A stretch of 63,526 bases of DNA, counting the filler, from Octopus bimaculoides (lineage: Eukaryota), in NCBI RefSeq assembly GCF_001194135.2. It is 7 parts of 6 records of this genome, joined end to end, with 100 filler letters (N's around TTAATTAATTAA, not from the genome) between each part and the next. Parts side by side here need not be neighbours in the genome. Positions count along the whole stretch, not along the records: positions 1 to 6,814 come from NC_068997.1; positions 6,915 to 32,233 come from NC_068981.1; 5 more parts are not named here. One strand, 5' to 3'. Of this stretch, positions 1 to 12,320 are shown piece after piece. A model generated the notes under the pieces. It did not search any database. It saw nothing but the letters and a program-made list of their open reading frames with translations, and was not told where the DNA came from. Position 1 is the first letter of the stretch. Every line of letters starts with the position of its first letter. The translations under genes and the position numbers were made by a program.

Positions 1-1726
1 ATATGGTCATAAAAAACAGTTACATTCTCATCAGTGTTTCCTCAGCGTTACAAACCTGTTATAAATTCTTTGCAGATTGGCAGGAACTTGAGTAATCTTT
101 CTAATTTCGTTACTCATAAGAAATATATGGTAATTGTTTGCAATATGTACGCAAGGGCTGACACATTTTAAAGAAAGACTAAAGTGAAGGTTGTAGCTTT
201 GATAACTTCACAGGAATAATTAGCGTCGCTAATGAAGTTAGAATGCTTGAAGCGTGTCACAGCCTCTACGGCCCCCCCCCCTGCTGTTCCCAACTTTTAT
301 ACGCTTAACGACTTTTCATGTTGGCAAAATGCCACAGATATAGCGGATGGGGCGGATGAGATGCAATCAAATGAATCGAACTAAGTACATAACGAGTACC
401 TATTTGATCGATTAACGTGGATAGGGGATGAAGAGTAATTTCAATCATTCGGTTCAGGATTTGAAAGCGTAGTCGAGAAGGAACGAAGAGAAAAAGAACA
501 AGGAAACAAAGACAAAAACAAAAACAAAAGCCGTTAGTCATTCATGTTCAATACTGAAGCGTTTTTGTCACCCTATTTACTCTTGCCATGTATATAAGAA
601 TAATTTAAGAAAACACGTATCAGAGATTGTAAGAAATGGTAATAACACTAATTAAGTTTCTTGATACCAGATAACCAGTAGTAATTAGTTTAATGTAGAT
701 AGCTATTAAAGACAGGTAAATTAGTTTTTGTTTTACCTGGAGAAATTTCTCAATGTTTAACTAATGAATGTCTTTTAACTAAGGTAGATGATGGACTAAT
801 CATTGTCTATTAACTCTTAAACATACTTTCACTTTTAACACTTGCGGTTATATTTTCTACTATTTCATTTGACTTCTGTCTCCTCCAGCCTCTAACTGCT
901 TCTTCTTCCTACCTTCATTCGATCACTTTGTCTTTCTTTATATCTATTCTTTCTTTCTTTTTCGTTTTTATTTATCTCTTCTCTCTTTAATTCTTGTTAC
1001 GCGTCTAAACATACGTGCAGATACGCATACGAAAAGTACAATGTCGCCATTACTAAACTGAAATTCTCTCTGTCTGTCTCTGTCTGCCTGTCTCTCTCTC
1101 TCTCTGTCTGTTTGTGTCTCTCTCACACACACACTCTCTCTCTCTCCCTTTCATCTCCCTCCGCGCTCTATCTATGTTTCTGTTTATCATTTCCCTTGCA
1201 CAAGCACTAAAGCAACGTACACACAAACACAGGTCTACTCATGCAGATGCGATGTATTGCATGCAATCATGTCGGTACTAAAATAAACAAGTGATGTAGC
1301 TGAAGCGAAAAATAATGAGGAAGGGTGCGCAAAATCACGTACGCTCACTCATACACACACACACACACACGCACACACACGCTCACACACACAAATACTC
1401 ACACACGTACATATATACACACACACTTTTGTATAATAGAACGACGTAGTTAAGTAAAAGTGTTCAATAGATTACTGGTACCTTTGTCGCACCTTTTTCT
1501 CCGCCGAAATGAACAAAACGAAAACGGAGTCGTCATGGACACTCTACGTCAGTGGTCCTCAGCAGGAACCCACACGGTCCTTAAGGGGTCTACAAAGCTC
1601 TTAAGAGGTTCACATAGAATTTTGATGTTAAAATTTGCGTACAATAAATTGTTTTTTTACAAATATTTTATCAATTTTTTTTAAAAATAAAATTTCTGAT
1701 AATATTTAATTATAAAAATATACTTT

Positions 1727-2096
1727 TTAACTTGTTTCAGTCGTTTGACTGCAAGCATGCTGGAGCACCGCCTTTAGTCGAACAAATCGACCCCAGGACT
1801 TAGTCTTTGTAAGCCTAGTACTTATTCTATCGTAATCTTTTGCCGAACCTTTAGGTCTCGGGGACATAAACACACCAACATCAGTTGTCAAGCGATGTTG
1901 CGGGGACAGACACAGACACACAAGCATATACACACACATATACATATATGATGGGCTTCTTTCAGTTTCCATCTGCCAAATCCAGTCACAAGGCTTCGGT
2001 TGGTCTAAGACTATAGTATAAGTCACTTGGCCAAGGTGTCACGCTGTGGAACTGAACCCGGAACCATGTGGCTAGGAAGCAAGTTTCTTACCACAC
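1727..2096 (-). mobile_element. tRNA-derived SINE, family A, near full length
   Basis: Reverse complement of a head (GTGTGGTAAGAAACTTGCTTCC..CATGGTTCCGGGTTCAG), a CCTTGGCCAAGTGACTTATACTATAG core resembling the CORE domain, and a GCGGTGCTCCAGCATG tail. More than 10 homologous copies are visible in the window. Confidence 0.9.
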
Positions 2097-2154
2097 GAGG
2101 AACTTTTTTAAACATCGAATGTTTACATTATTTACATTTGACGGATATTTGACG

Positions 2155-2167
2155 AATGATAATGATG

Positions 2168-2223
<56 letters not shown>
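2155..2223. repeat. (AAT)n microsatellite
   Basis: Direct reading. Confidence 0.97.
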
Positions 2224-2686
2224 TTTGTTAAACATTTGTTCGACATTTGTTAAAAATCAACATATCAGATTAAAGAGTTGTTTACGAATATACGTTTATT
2301 GAAGGGAACAATTGACAAATTACAACAAAATCATATGCACGTAAAAAATAAAATAAAACAACAGTATGAATAATTTAATTAGCTCCAAACTATGTACTGA
2401 TGTGCAAAACACATGAAAAAACGAATAAAGAGATACATCAGTTGTATGTTATAGGAATTGAACCTGCTTTGCTTACGATGGATGACCGCTATCAGATATT
2501 ACAACTATACAATGGAGCTGTACGATCGATGGGCCTGCTAGAAATAGCCCGTGATAAACTGTTAAATGTAGGTGTGTGCAATAAGGGCCTCATCAAGTGA
2601 AATATATGGATGATATGAAATGCTAGATGTGTGTGTTAAGCCGAAGCATTTGAACGGCTGTTTATGTGTAACGATGGTATTCTCGT

Positions 2687-2766
2687 GCAGGGCAAACTAG
2701 AAAGCAGGTCTAACCAAGAAGCAGGTCTAACCAAGAAGCAGGGCTAACTAGGAAACAGGTCTAAAA
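2687..2766 (+). repeat. 17-bp minisatellite, about 4.5 copies (GCAGGTCTAACCAAGAA)
   Basis: Unit starts at 2687, 2704, 2721, 2738 and 2755. Confidence 0.9.
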
Positions 2767-3044
2767 AGTAAGATATTTGACCTTCAGGTTTTGTACCAAA
2801 AATTTTGGCTCAGCCTTTTCGGAAAGCTTTAAGTAAAAGGTGGAGGACGTAGAAGAGAAATTAGAGACAAAAGCATTCAAGAGACGTAGTGGTGGTGGTG
2901 GTGGGCGGGGGGCTGAGGTAAAATGTATGGCAAAATGGAAACCAAGAAAGAAAACAAGGTAAAGCAAGTATGGAAGATAAATGATAGAGAAAGAAAGAGG
3001 AGATTGAGAGAAAAGAGACATATACAAGAGAAACACACATAGTG

Positions 3045-3081
3045 AGATAGAAAGAGAGGGAGATAGATAGATAGAGAGAGA

Positions 3082-3152
<71 letters not shown>
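3045..3152. repeat. (GA)n microsatellite in a purine-rich tract
   Basis: Direct reading. Confidence 0.95.
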
Positions 3153-3153
<1 letters not shown>

Positions 3154-3573
3154 AGGAGAAGAGGAATGGAAGGGACAAATATAGGGAGAGATAATAAGAG
3201 ATGGGTTAGAGAAACTATATAAATGGAAATGAGCAATTTAAAAATTGCGAACAGAAAGAAAAGAAAAACAAAAAAACAACAACAACTGTGAAAACAAAAA
3301 TAAAAATACAAAATACAAAATACAAAATAAAAACATGATGATGTGAGAATTAGTTTTAGAGACGGCTGTAGATGAGAGGTCAAAGTGTAGTGTTAATGGT
3401 GTTGGAGATGTTTTTATAGTGTTTGGTAGAGGAAGGAAGGCAGAACTGGTATAAACATGGCGCAGGGAGGTAGAAAGAGGCGACCGAAGAGTCAGAATAA
3501 GGTAATAAGAAGGTGTGCGAGGAAACGAAATGATTGTCATACATAAACACAAACACACACGAACACGTGTGTT

Positions 3574-3632
<59 letters not shown>

Positions 3633-4142
3633 ATATACATGCATCTTCGTTTTCGTTAGTATTAACGAATGGGAAAATACATACTCATTACCATCCAATT
3701 TTCTGTTATTCTGGAGTTTGCTCAACGTAAAGTCGGATAAAATAAACTTACATAACCACATGGTTCCGGGTTCAGTCCCACTGCCTGGCAACTTGGCNNN
3801 NNNNNNNNNNNNNNNNNNNNNNNNNNNNNNNNNNNNNNNNNNNNNNNNNNNNNNNNNNNNNNNNNNNNNNNNNNNNNNNNNNNNNNNNNNNNNNNNNNNN
3901 NNNNNNNNNNNNNNNNNNNNNNNNNNNNNNNNNNNTATATATATATATATATATATATCAACATTTCTGTATAAAGCTATATTTGACCGTCAAGTTTAAG
4001 TCAAACATATAAGTTGCCATACACGTCTTCGGGGGGATAATCTTTTAGAACAAACAAACAGTAAATAAATCAAACAAAAAAATCAAAATTTGGAGATCAA
4101 TACCGTATGAAAAATACTATGAAAAATTATATATATATACGA

Positions 4143-4302
4143 TGAGCTTCATTCGATTTCCGTCTACCAAATCCACTCAGTAGGCTTTGGTCGGTCTGAG
4201 GTTGTAATAGAAGACACTTGCCCAAGGTGCCACACAGTGGTACTGAATCCGGAACCAGATGGCTGAGAAGCAAGCTTCTTACCACACAACCACTTCTGCA
4301 CC
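4143..4302 (-). mobile_element. SINE family A, 5' half
   Basis: TTTCCGTCTACCAAATCCACTC..GAAGACACTTGCCCAAGGTGCCAC..CTTACCACAC matches the other copies. Confidence 0.88.
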
Positions 4303-4867
4303 TGTATATATTTATGTATATTGTTATGTAGAGTGTTATTCAACATTTTCGTGTACATTAGGGCATGGAAAGACACTGCGCTGCACTAATTGTTAAAAGA
4401 GAAGAAATTCTCCTTAAAAACAAAATTGATGGAAACACACCGCTACGCTATGGATGACGTCACCAGTCTGTAGCACGTAGGCATTTCTGTGTCGTTACGC
4501 TTCATCAGCTATTTATAGCCAGCCGTCGTATATGACTAGTAAGAACTGGTCAGTCTGATATCAGAATAGCAAATTATACATTTGCTGATGTGCAAAATGT
4601 GTTACCAGGCTGAAATTAATTTAGTAAAAGATTACTAAATGGGATTGAATGAAATGTAGTTATGTATAGTCTTCTTTAATGTATTCGTGTGCATTCGGAC
4701 ATGACAAGACTATACACTGTACAAGTAGTCTCGAGAGAAGAAATTCTCCTTATAGACTGTAAAAAACTTGTATCAGTGCCTAAAAATCTACGAACAAAAC
4801 AATTAAAACAATAGCTACTGTTGCAACTGTTGATGACAAACGGTGATGATATTTATACTGCCGAACA

Positions 4868-5010
4868 ACGATGGTGACAATGATGATGAAGGTGGTGATG
4901 ATGATGATGATGATGATGATGATGGTGGTGGTGATGATGATGATGATGATGACGATGGTGGTGATGATAATGATGGTGGTGGTGGTGGTGGTGGTGGTGG
5001 TGATGATCAT
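4868..5010. repeat. (GAT)n/(GGT)n compound microsatellite
   Basis: Direct reading. Confidence 0.95.
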
Positions 5011-5316
5011 GATGGATTCGCATGACAACAAAGATGTCCATGTAGGTGAAACTGAGAAAGAGGTAGAGTTGGAGGAAGGGGGCGCTGGAGGAGCAGGATG
5101 AGGAGAACACAACTGATGGCAGCATTGTTGATGTTAAACAGAAACGATAATGGTTACGTTACTTCTATTTTGCGTAGCCATTTTCACGTAGATGAAAATT
5201 GAAGTAGAAACGTATCCATATAGCACAGACACGCAAAAATGGAGGCACACACTCACACACACACACACACAGATAGAAAGGTGGGGCAAATGGAAAAATG
5301 CATATATAGTTGTGTG

Positions 5317-5359
<43 letters not shown>

Positions 5360-5699
5360 CATGTATATATACATATGTGTATGTGTGTGTATGTATTTAT
5401 GTATATNNNNNNNNNNNNNNNNNNNNNNNNNNNNNNNNNNNNNNNNNNNNNNNNNNNNNNNNNNNNNNNNNNNNNNNNNNNNNNNNNNNNNNNNNNNNNN
5501 NNNNNNNNNNNNNNNNNNNNNNNNNNNNNNNNNNNNNNNNNNNNNNNNNNNNNNNNNNNNNNNNNNNNNNNNNNNNNNGTATGTGTGCGCATGCAGAAAT
5601 GTATACATATACATAATCATACTATATAGACACACACACACAGACATATATATGTGCATACATACATACATGCATACATAGATTGATTGACAGGTTGAC

Positions 5700-5732
5700 A
5701 ATATAGATAGATAGAAAGACAAACAGACAGAC

Positions 5733-5776
<44 letters not shown>

Positions 5777-5864
5777 TGACTGACAGATAGATGGTTACAT
5801 AGACTGATAGATAGATCAAAAGATAGACATATAGATAAACATATAGACAGACAGACAGACAGAC

Positions 5865-5930
<66 letters not shown>

Positions 5931-6260
5931 ATAGATGGATGGACAGATAGACAGACAGACAGATAGATAGTTAGGTAGGTAGGTAAAAAGTAGATGAAGA
6001 TAAAGACGGAAAACGGGAGAAAATGGATGCTAAAATCAGAAAGAAAATACATGCAGTTGAAGAAATAGTTCCTTACTGACGTCATCTTTGAGGCGAGGTG
6101 TTGGGTCAGGCAGACGATAAGACGGCTGGCTGGTTGGCTGGCTGGTTGCGTGGCTATTTGGAAGAAGGGTGGTGGGCAGGCAGGCAAGCAGTCAGGCAGG
6201 CAAGCAGGCAGGCAGGCAGGCGGGCAGGCAAGCAGACAGTTGGGTAGGCAGGTGGGTAGG
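5700..6260. repeat. (GATA)n/(GACA)n block followed by (GGCT)/(GGCA)n
   Basis: Direct reading. A short non-repetitive stretch lies at about 5990-6120. Confidence 0.9.
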
Positions 6261-6403
6261 TAAGTAGGTAAGTAAATAGGCAAGAAGGTATGTATGAAAA
6301 TAGGATTTAGGTAGGCAGGGAGGTCGATACATCGGAAAGTAGGTGGAACGTAGATGCGTATATGTGTGGCGAAGGGGCTAGCATTAGGACAAGAAACAGG
6401 TCC

Positions 6404-6558
6404 ATGGGTTGGTCGGGTTTAGCGTTAGGGTTCGAGTTAGGTTTAGGGTTAGGGTTAGGGCTAGGGTTGGTCTATACGGACAAGAATCTGCTGTTGGCGC
6501 ACCAGGTCCGTATCTTCTACCCTTCTTACACCATCAACCGCGTGAAGCTTGTGTGCAG
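6404..6558 (+). CDS. Candidate first exon of an unknown small, possibly secreted protein (MGWSGLALGFELGLGLGLGLGLVYTDKNLLLAHQVRIFYPSYTINRVKLVC)
   Basis: ATG at 6404 and a CAG|GTGTGT donor after 6558 (phase 2). 22 of 28 codons from YTDK to LVC end in G/C and none ends in A. No homology recognised. Confidence 0.25.
6415..6470 (+). repeat. Degenerate interstitial (TTAGGG)n
   Basis: GGGTTTAGCGTTAGGGTTCGAGTTAGGTTTAGGGTTAGGGTTAGGGCTAGGGTTGG. Four GGG tracts lie at 6446-6466. Confidence 0.8.
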
Positions 6559-6755
6559 GTGTGTCTGTATGAACATGAAACTATGGTACGTATGTATGTG
6601 CTCATATCTTTGAGAATAGCTGGAAAGGGTGGTGTAGATGTGTATACACACACACACAGATGCGCGCAAACACACACCCACATATATATATATACTTATA
6701 TATAATTTATATTATTTGATTGAACGCCATATATATGTGTATATATATGTAAATA

Positions 6756-6814
<59 letters not shown>

Positions 6815-6914
6815 NNNNNNNNNNNNNNNNNNNNNNNNNNNNNNNNNNNNNNNNNNNNTTAATTAATTAANNNNNNNNNNNNNNNNNNNNNNNNNNNNNN
6901 NNNNNNNNNNNNNN

Positions 6915-6958
<44 letters not shown>

Positions 6959-7062
6959 AATATATATATATGTATATAAATGAAAAATGCATTAAATAAA
7001 CAACGATAACTAAAAAAACCTGCACATAGAACAGACACAGAAGAACCCTAATTCTTCATCAG

Positions 7063-7159
7063 TTATCAACTGAATGGTAATACTCAGTTTCATGCCTTTA
7101 ATGATAATACTGAGAACTTCGCATATTGGTGGTACCTGCAAAAATTTACAGAATATTAG
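7063..7159 (+). CDS. Candidate second exon ([S]YQLNGNTQFHAFNDNTENFAYWWYLQKFTEY*)
   Basis: Acceptor CCCTAATTCTTCATCAG| with a branch-like CTAAT. The phase matches the 6558 donor, but the intervening intron spans an assembly gap. Confidence 0.2.
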
Positions 7160-7380
7160 GGCTTCGAGCGAACGAAACGATACAGAGTGGACGTACAAAA
7201 GTAAACAAATGTAATTTAAGACGATTGACAAAGATGGAATAAATTCGGCCTTTCGATATATGAGTGTGCCTCTGTATGCGTGAGTATATATCTATACATA
7301 TATATAGAAATATATCAAATGGTGATGGGATCGGGACAAGCGCAAACACAACGGCACACAGTCTTGTACAAAAAAACACA

Positions 7381-7528
7381 TATATACGACGGGTTCCTTT
7401 CTCGTTTCGTCTACCAAAACCACTCACAAGACTTTCGTCAACCCGGCGTCTATAGTAGAAGACACTCGCCCAAGATTCTTGACTGAACCCGAAATGATGT
7501 GGTTTCAACACAGCCATGCTTGCGCCCA
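7381..7528 (-). mobile_element. SINE family A, 5' half
   Basis: CGTCTACCAAAACCACTCACAAG..GAAGACACTCGCCCAAG..CAGCCATGCTTGCGCC. Confidence 0.85.
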
Positions 7529-7669
7529 TATATATGCATGTTTGTATGCGTGTGTTTATACGCACATATATGTGTATATATATATATATACATATAGAAA
7601 GAAAGAAAGAAAGAAAGAAAAAAGTAAAAGAATAAAAGAAGATTGCTAGATAGCGGGTGTATGAACAAC

Positions 7670-7808
7670 AAGCAAGAGTATTAGTTTGACGCTCGGGAAA
7701 GTGAAAATGTATTTTACGTTTCGAGCCTACGCTCTTCAACAGAAAGGAATAAGAGAAAAATAAACAGAGAGAATGAAAAAAACTTGTAGATTTAGCGATC
7801 AAGCACGG

Positions 7809-7810
<2 letters not shown>
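7670..7810 (-). mobile_element. Penelope-like element terminal fragment
   Basis: Minus strand reads CTGTTGAAGAGCGTAGGCTCGAAACGT. This CTGNNGA-stem-GAAAC motif is typical of Penelope-like element repeats. Confidence 0.5.
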
Positions 7811-7844
<34 letters not shown>

Positions 7845-8070
7845 NNNNNNNNNNNNNNNNNNNNNNNNNNNNNNNNNNNNNNNNNNNNNNNNNNNNNNNN
7901 NNNNNNNNNNNNNNNNNNNNNNNNNNNNNNNNNNNNNNNNNNNNNNNNNNNNNNNNNNNNNNNNNNNNNNNNNNNNNNNNNNNNNNNNNNNNNNNNNNNN
8001 NNNNNNNNNNNNNNNNNNNNNNNNNNNNNNNNNNNNNNNNNNNNNNNNNNNNNNNNNNNNNNNNNNNNNN

Positions 8071-8119
<49 letters not shown>

Positions 8120-8817
8120 CATGTCATATCATACCATATCATCATCCTAGCACGTGGCCGCCCCCTGTTTCCAGCACAGCTATGTAACCACACGATATCA
8201 ATTATCGTCAAATGAAAAGTATGACAGAGAAGAAAATATGTCTGTGTATACAAACAACATTGCGAAAACTCTGTTGTCCACCACTTTTTGCCTTTTGATT
8301 CTTATTCTGTTCAGGTGGACCCCGAAGCCATTCAATGTGTAAAAACTAGTTTTATAGAGGCTCTTTTCTGAATTCCTATTTTGTTTTTCCACACAAAAAC
8401 TTGTGTAAGTTGGACAATGTAGAACGTTAGAAAAAGTAACCTAGTTGCTTCTTGCAATAAATACATCTAAAGTAAAATTTTTTGATGAACCCTGTAGATC
8501 CTTAATTTATTATTTTGCTTGCATGGACCCCCAAAAGTTTTACATGGACCTCTGCTTAAACATGTAGATCTTTTGAATACATTCACTAAATACAAATAAA
8601 ACTTTAAATAATTTGGGTGAAATAGATTGCTACAAGAATTTTAGATGTTCAATCTTGCTTCCTAATATTCCAGTGGTTATTTCTAAAGATATGTTTTACG
8701 AAGCTTTATCTATTTGTGACGTGAAAAACGAGTCCACGTGTGAGGGAAATATTTATAAGAACATTTATACATTTGCGTGTGTTCTTGTGTGTGCGTGAAA
8801 AAGAGAAAGAGAGAGAG

Positions 8818-8865
<48 letters not shown>

Positions 8866-8967
8866 TGTGTATGTGTGTGTATGTGTTTGTATGTGTTTGT
8901 GTGTGTGTGCGCGCACGTGTGTCAATGACGCATGTACGTATTTACATGTATATGTGTATGTGCGTGC

Positions 8968-9019
<52 letters not shown>

Positions 9020-9123
9020 CCAGATACACATATATACATACTTGCATATTTATTTATTTATTTATGTGTTTCAGCCAAGTGATGTATGTATAACATGTAT
9101 GCATATATACATACGTATACATG

Positions 9124-9331
9124 CATGTCTGTGTTTGTCCCTCTCCACTGCTTGATAACTGGTGCTGGTGTCTTTACGTCCTCATAACTTAGCGTTTCGG
9201 CTAAAAGGGATCGATAGAATAAGTACTAGGCTTTAAAAAAAGTAAGTCCTGGGGTCGATCTGTTCGACTAAAACCCTTCGAGGCAGTGCCCCAGCATGGC
9301 CGCATTCAAATGAACGAAACAAATAAAGATA
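9124..9331 (+). mobile_element. SINE family A, 3' half
   Basis: TGTTTGTCCC..CTGGTGCTGGTGT..TAACTTAGCG..GTCCTGGGGTCGAT..CCCCAGCATGGCCGC..AAACAAATAAAG. Confidence 0.88.
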
Positions 9332-9335
9332 TACA

Positions 9336-9388
<53 letters not shown>

Positions 9389-9859
9389 GTATGTATGTAT
9401 ATATATATACACACGCACATACAAAGCAAAGTATTATATTATCCAGATGCATACATGCAATTATACATGCATTGTATACCTGTGTTTGCATCTTCCAGTG
9501 TAAAGTGGTGCATCTAGTTGTGTTCTTCTGCACTAAATTATTACTCAGCTATTCGATAAAATGCGATCGATGAAATATGCAGCAGAACTCAATGGCCAAT
9601 GGAGACAGAGATCGATATCCTCAACGCAAAACATTGAATGAGGTGCTCCAGAATGGCTTCTGGCAAATGAATGAAAGCAGCAAAAGAATGTCAAAATTTT
9701 GTGTATATGTGTGCGCATGTGTATGTGCGTACATATGTGCATGTGTGTGCGTGTGTGCGTATGTATGTATGTATGTGTGTATGTTTGTCTATGTGTTCAT
9801 ATGTATATTTGCCTATACGCAAATATCCACGTGTTCTTTTATCTCCGTCACTCTCGCAT

Positions 9860-10287
9860 TGTTTCTCCGTCTCTCTATGTCTCTCTCTCTCTCTCTCCCT
9901 CTCTCTCTCTCCCTCTCTCTCTCTCCCTCTCGTTTTCTATTCCTCATGTTTTTGCTATCTCAGTCAGTCTTTTTCTCTCAGTCAGTCTCTTTCTCTTCCT
10001 TGCACATAACACTCACACATATGCACGCACTCACGCACACGTGCACACTCAGTCACTCTCTCCCTTTCACTCTCTCTTTCTCTCTCTCACTTCTTCGTCT
10101 TCTCATTGTGTTTTTCTCCCTCCCTCTCCATCCGTGTAAATTTGTCTCTATCTCTTATTTCTCTCTGTATCCCTACCTCTGTCTGTATCGTTCTCGCTAT
10201 CTCTATTTCTGTTTCTATCTATCGTTCCTTTTCTATCCCTATCTCTGTCTCACTCAGTCTCTCTCTCCCTCGTTCTCTATTCCTCTC

Positions 10288-10339
<52 letters not shown>

Positions 10340-10370
10340 ACCCTCGTTCTCTCTCTCTTTCCCTCTCTAT
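9860..10370. repeat. (CT)n-rich polypyrimidine low-complexity tract
   Basis: Direct reading. It explains the 265-aa pseudo-ORF. Confidence 0.9.
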
Positions 10371-11226
10371 ATGATTTCCCATTAAAAAACAGAAACCTCT
10401 TCCATTCACCCAATCAGTCTACTAACCAAATACACAGCAACGAGGTTGTTGCAAACAAGAAAATATCAATTTAACTTAGTGCCATGTTAGCAAACAGAAG
10501 CTGCCGAGAGTTATTTAAGAGTTAACTAATTATCTAATCAATTTATTACCATTGTTGTTTTTTTATGTTGTTATAAGATATGTTACCAACCTGGTTTTTT
10601 GCATTTAACCCTGCATGTTTAAAGGAAATAAAAGAAAANNNNNNNNNNNNNNNNNNNNNNNNNNNNNNNNNNNNNNNNNNNNNNNNNNNNNNNNNNNNNN
10701 NNNNNNNNNNNNNNNNNNNNNNNNNNNNNNNNNNNNNNNNNNNNNNNNNNNNNNNNNNNNNNNNNNNNNNNNNNNNNNNNNNNNNNNNNNNNNNNNNNNN
10801 NNNNNNNNNNNNNNNNNNNNNNNNNNNNNNNNNNNNNNNNNNNNNNNNNNNNNNNNNNNNNNNNNNNNNNNNNNNNNNNNNNNNNNNNNNNNNNNNNNNN
10901 NNNNNNNNNNNNNNNNNNNNNNNNNNNNNNNNNNNNNNNNNNNNNNNNNNNNNNNNNNNNNNNNNNNNNNNNNNNNNNNNNNNNNNNNNNNNNNNNNNNN
11001 NNNNNNNNNNNNNNNNNNNNNNNNNNNNNNNNNNNNNNNNNNNNNNNNNNNNNNNNNNNNNNNNNNNNNNNNNNNNNNNNNNNNNNNNNNNNNNNNNNNN
11101 NNNNNNNNNNNNNNNNNNNNNNNNNNNNNNNNNNNNNNNNNNNNNNNNNNNNNNNNNNNNNNNNNNNNNNNNNNNNNNNNNNNNNNNNNNNNNNNNNNNN
11201 NNNNNNNNNNNNNNNNNNNNNNNNNN

Positions 11227-11395
11227 TATACGACGGGCTTCTTTCAGTTTCCGTCTACCAAATTCACTCACAAGGCCTTGGTCGGCCCGAGGCTATAGCA
11301 GAAGACACTTGCTCAAGGTGCCACGCAGTGGGACTGAACCCGGAAACATGTGGTTGGGAAGCAAGCTTCTTACTACCCAACCACACCTGCGTCTA
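11227..11395 (-). mobile_element. SINE family A, 5' half
   Basis: Near-consensus match to the other copies. Confidence 0.9.
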
Positions 11396-11615
11396 TACGT
11401 ATGCATCAGAAATATTTCTAAAAAGGAGGTAATTTCTTTTTAAAAAGTAGGAAAAAAAAAAGAGAAAAGAAAAAAATTACTCCATCGCCGTAATTTTCAT
11501 AACACCAACAATAAATGTTTGTTTTTGTTTTGCGTTGTTCCGCTTAAGAGATTATTTTTGTAAAGTGCGTGTTAACTGGTATCTGTGTGCCAGGAAATCC
11601 TGGTGTTCTCTGGAT

Positions 11616-12320
11616 CAGTGGTTGTCAACCATTTTGTACCTTTAGACTCCTTTGATTCCTGTTTTATTCGGTTAGACCCTCGTAACCATTTCGATGTTTT
11701 AAAATATCCTATTATATTTTTATCATTAAACATTATTAGGAATTGTATGAAACGAGATTGTAAAAATATTTAGGGCATTGTAGGATTATAACCAATATAT
11801 TGTTTTATCTTTTACCTTTTACTTGTTTCTGTCATTACACTGCGGCCATGCTGGGGCACCGCCTTGAAGAATTTTTACCCGGATGTATCGGCTCATGTAA
11901 TATTTTTAAAGTCTGCTACTTATTCTATCTGTCCGTTTTGCCAAACCGCTACGTTACGGAGACGTAAACACACTAGCATCGGTTGTCAAGTGGTGGTGGG
12001 AAAGGGGAACAAACACAGACACAAGGATACATATGCGCGCAGACACACACACACACACATATATATACACACATATACAACAGGCTTCTTTCAGTTTCCG
12101 TCTACCAAATCCACTCACAAGGTTTTGGTCGGCCCAGAGCTATAGTGGAAGACACTTGCCCAAGGTGCCACGCAGTGGACTGAACCCCGAACCATGTGGA
12201 TGGGAAGCAAACTTCTTACCACACAGTCTCGCATATTCTTGTATCCAGCACATAAATTTTTAAGAACAAAATCTTATATAGTCCCCCAAAAGTCATATGG
12301 ACCCTGTTTGAGTACCACTG
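11616..12320. mobile_element. Degraded hAT-type MITE interrupted by a SINE
   Basis: Left end CAGTGGTTGTCAACC and right end GTTTGAGTACCACTG are imperfect TIRs. No matching TSD is visible. Confidence 0.45.
11808..12235 (-). mobile_element. SINE family A, full length, nested in the MITE
   Basis: Head, core, central (CA)/(TA) microsatellite and tail are all present. Confidence 0.92.

Noticed and set aside
6859-6870. Palindromic TTAATTAATTAA islands inside N runs (also 32278, 43632, 50607, 57578, 61959)
   Set aside because: The identical 12-mer sits centred in 100-nt gaps and has stops in all six frames. It is an assembly spacer, not biology, and adjacency across these gaps is uncertain.
9480-9659. 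180-nt minus-strand segment bounded by good acceptor and donor sites
   Set aside because: It has stops in all three frames. At best it is a non-coding exon and there is no further support.
10546-11443. Long ORFs containing X runs (here and at about 16.4, 24.4, 28, 29.2, 33.4, 45, 47, 53.5, 56 and 58.5 kb)
   Set aside because: They are open only because N codons are not stops.
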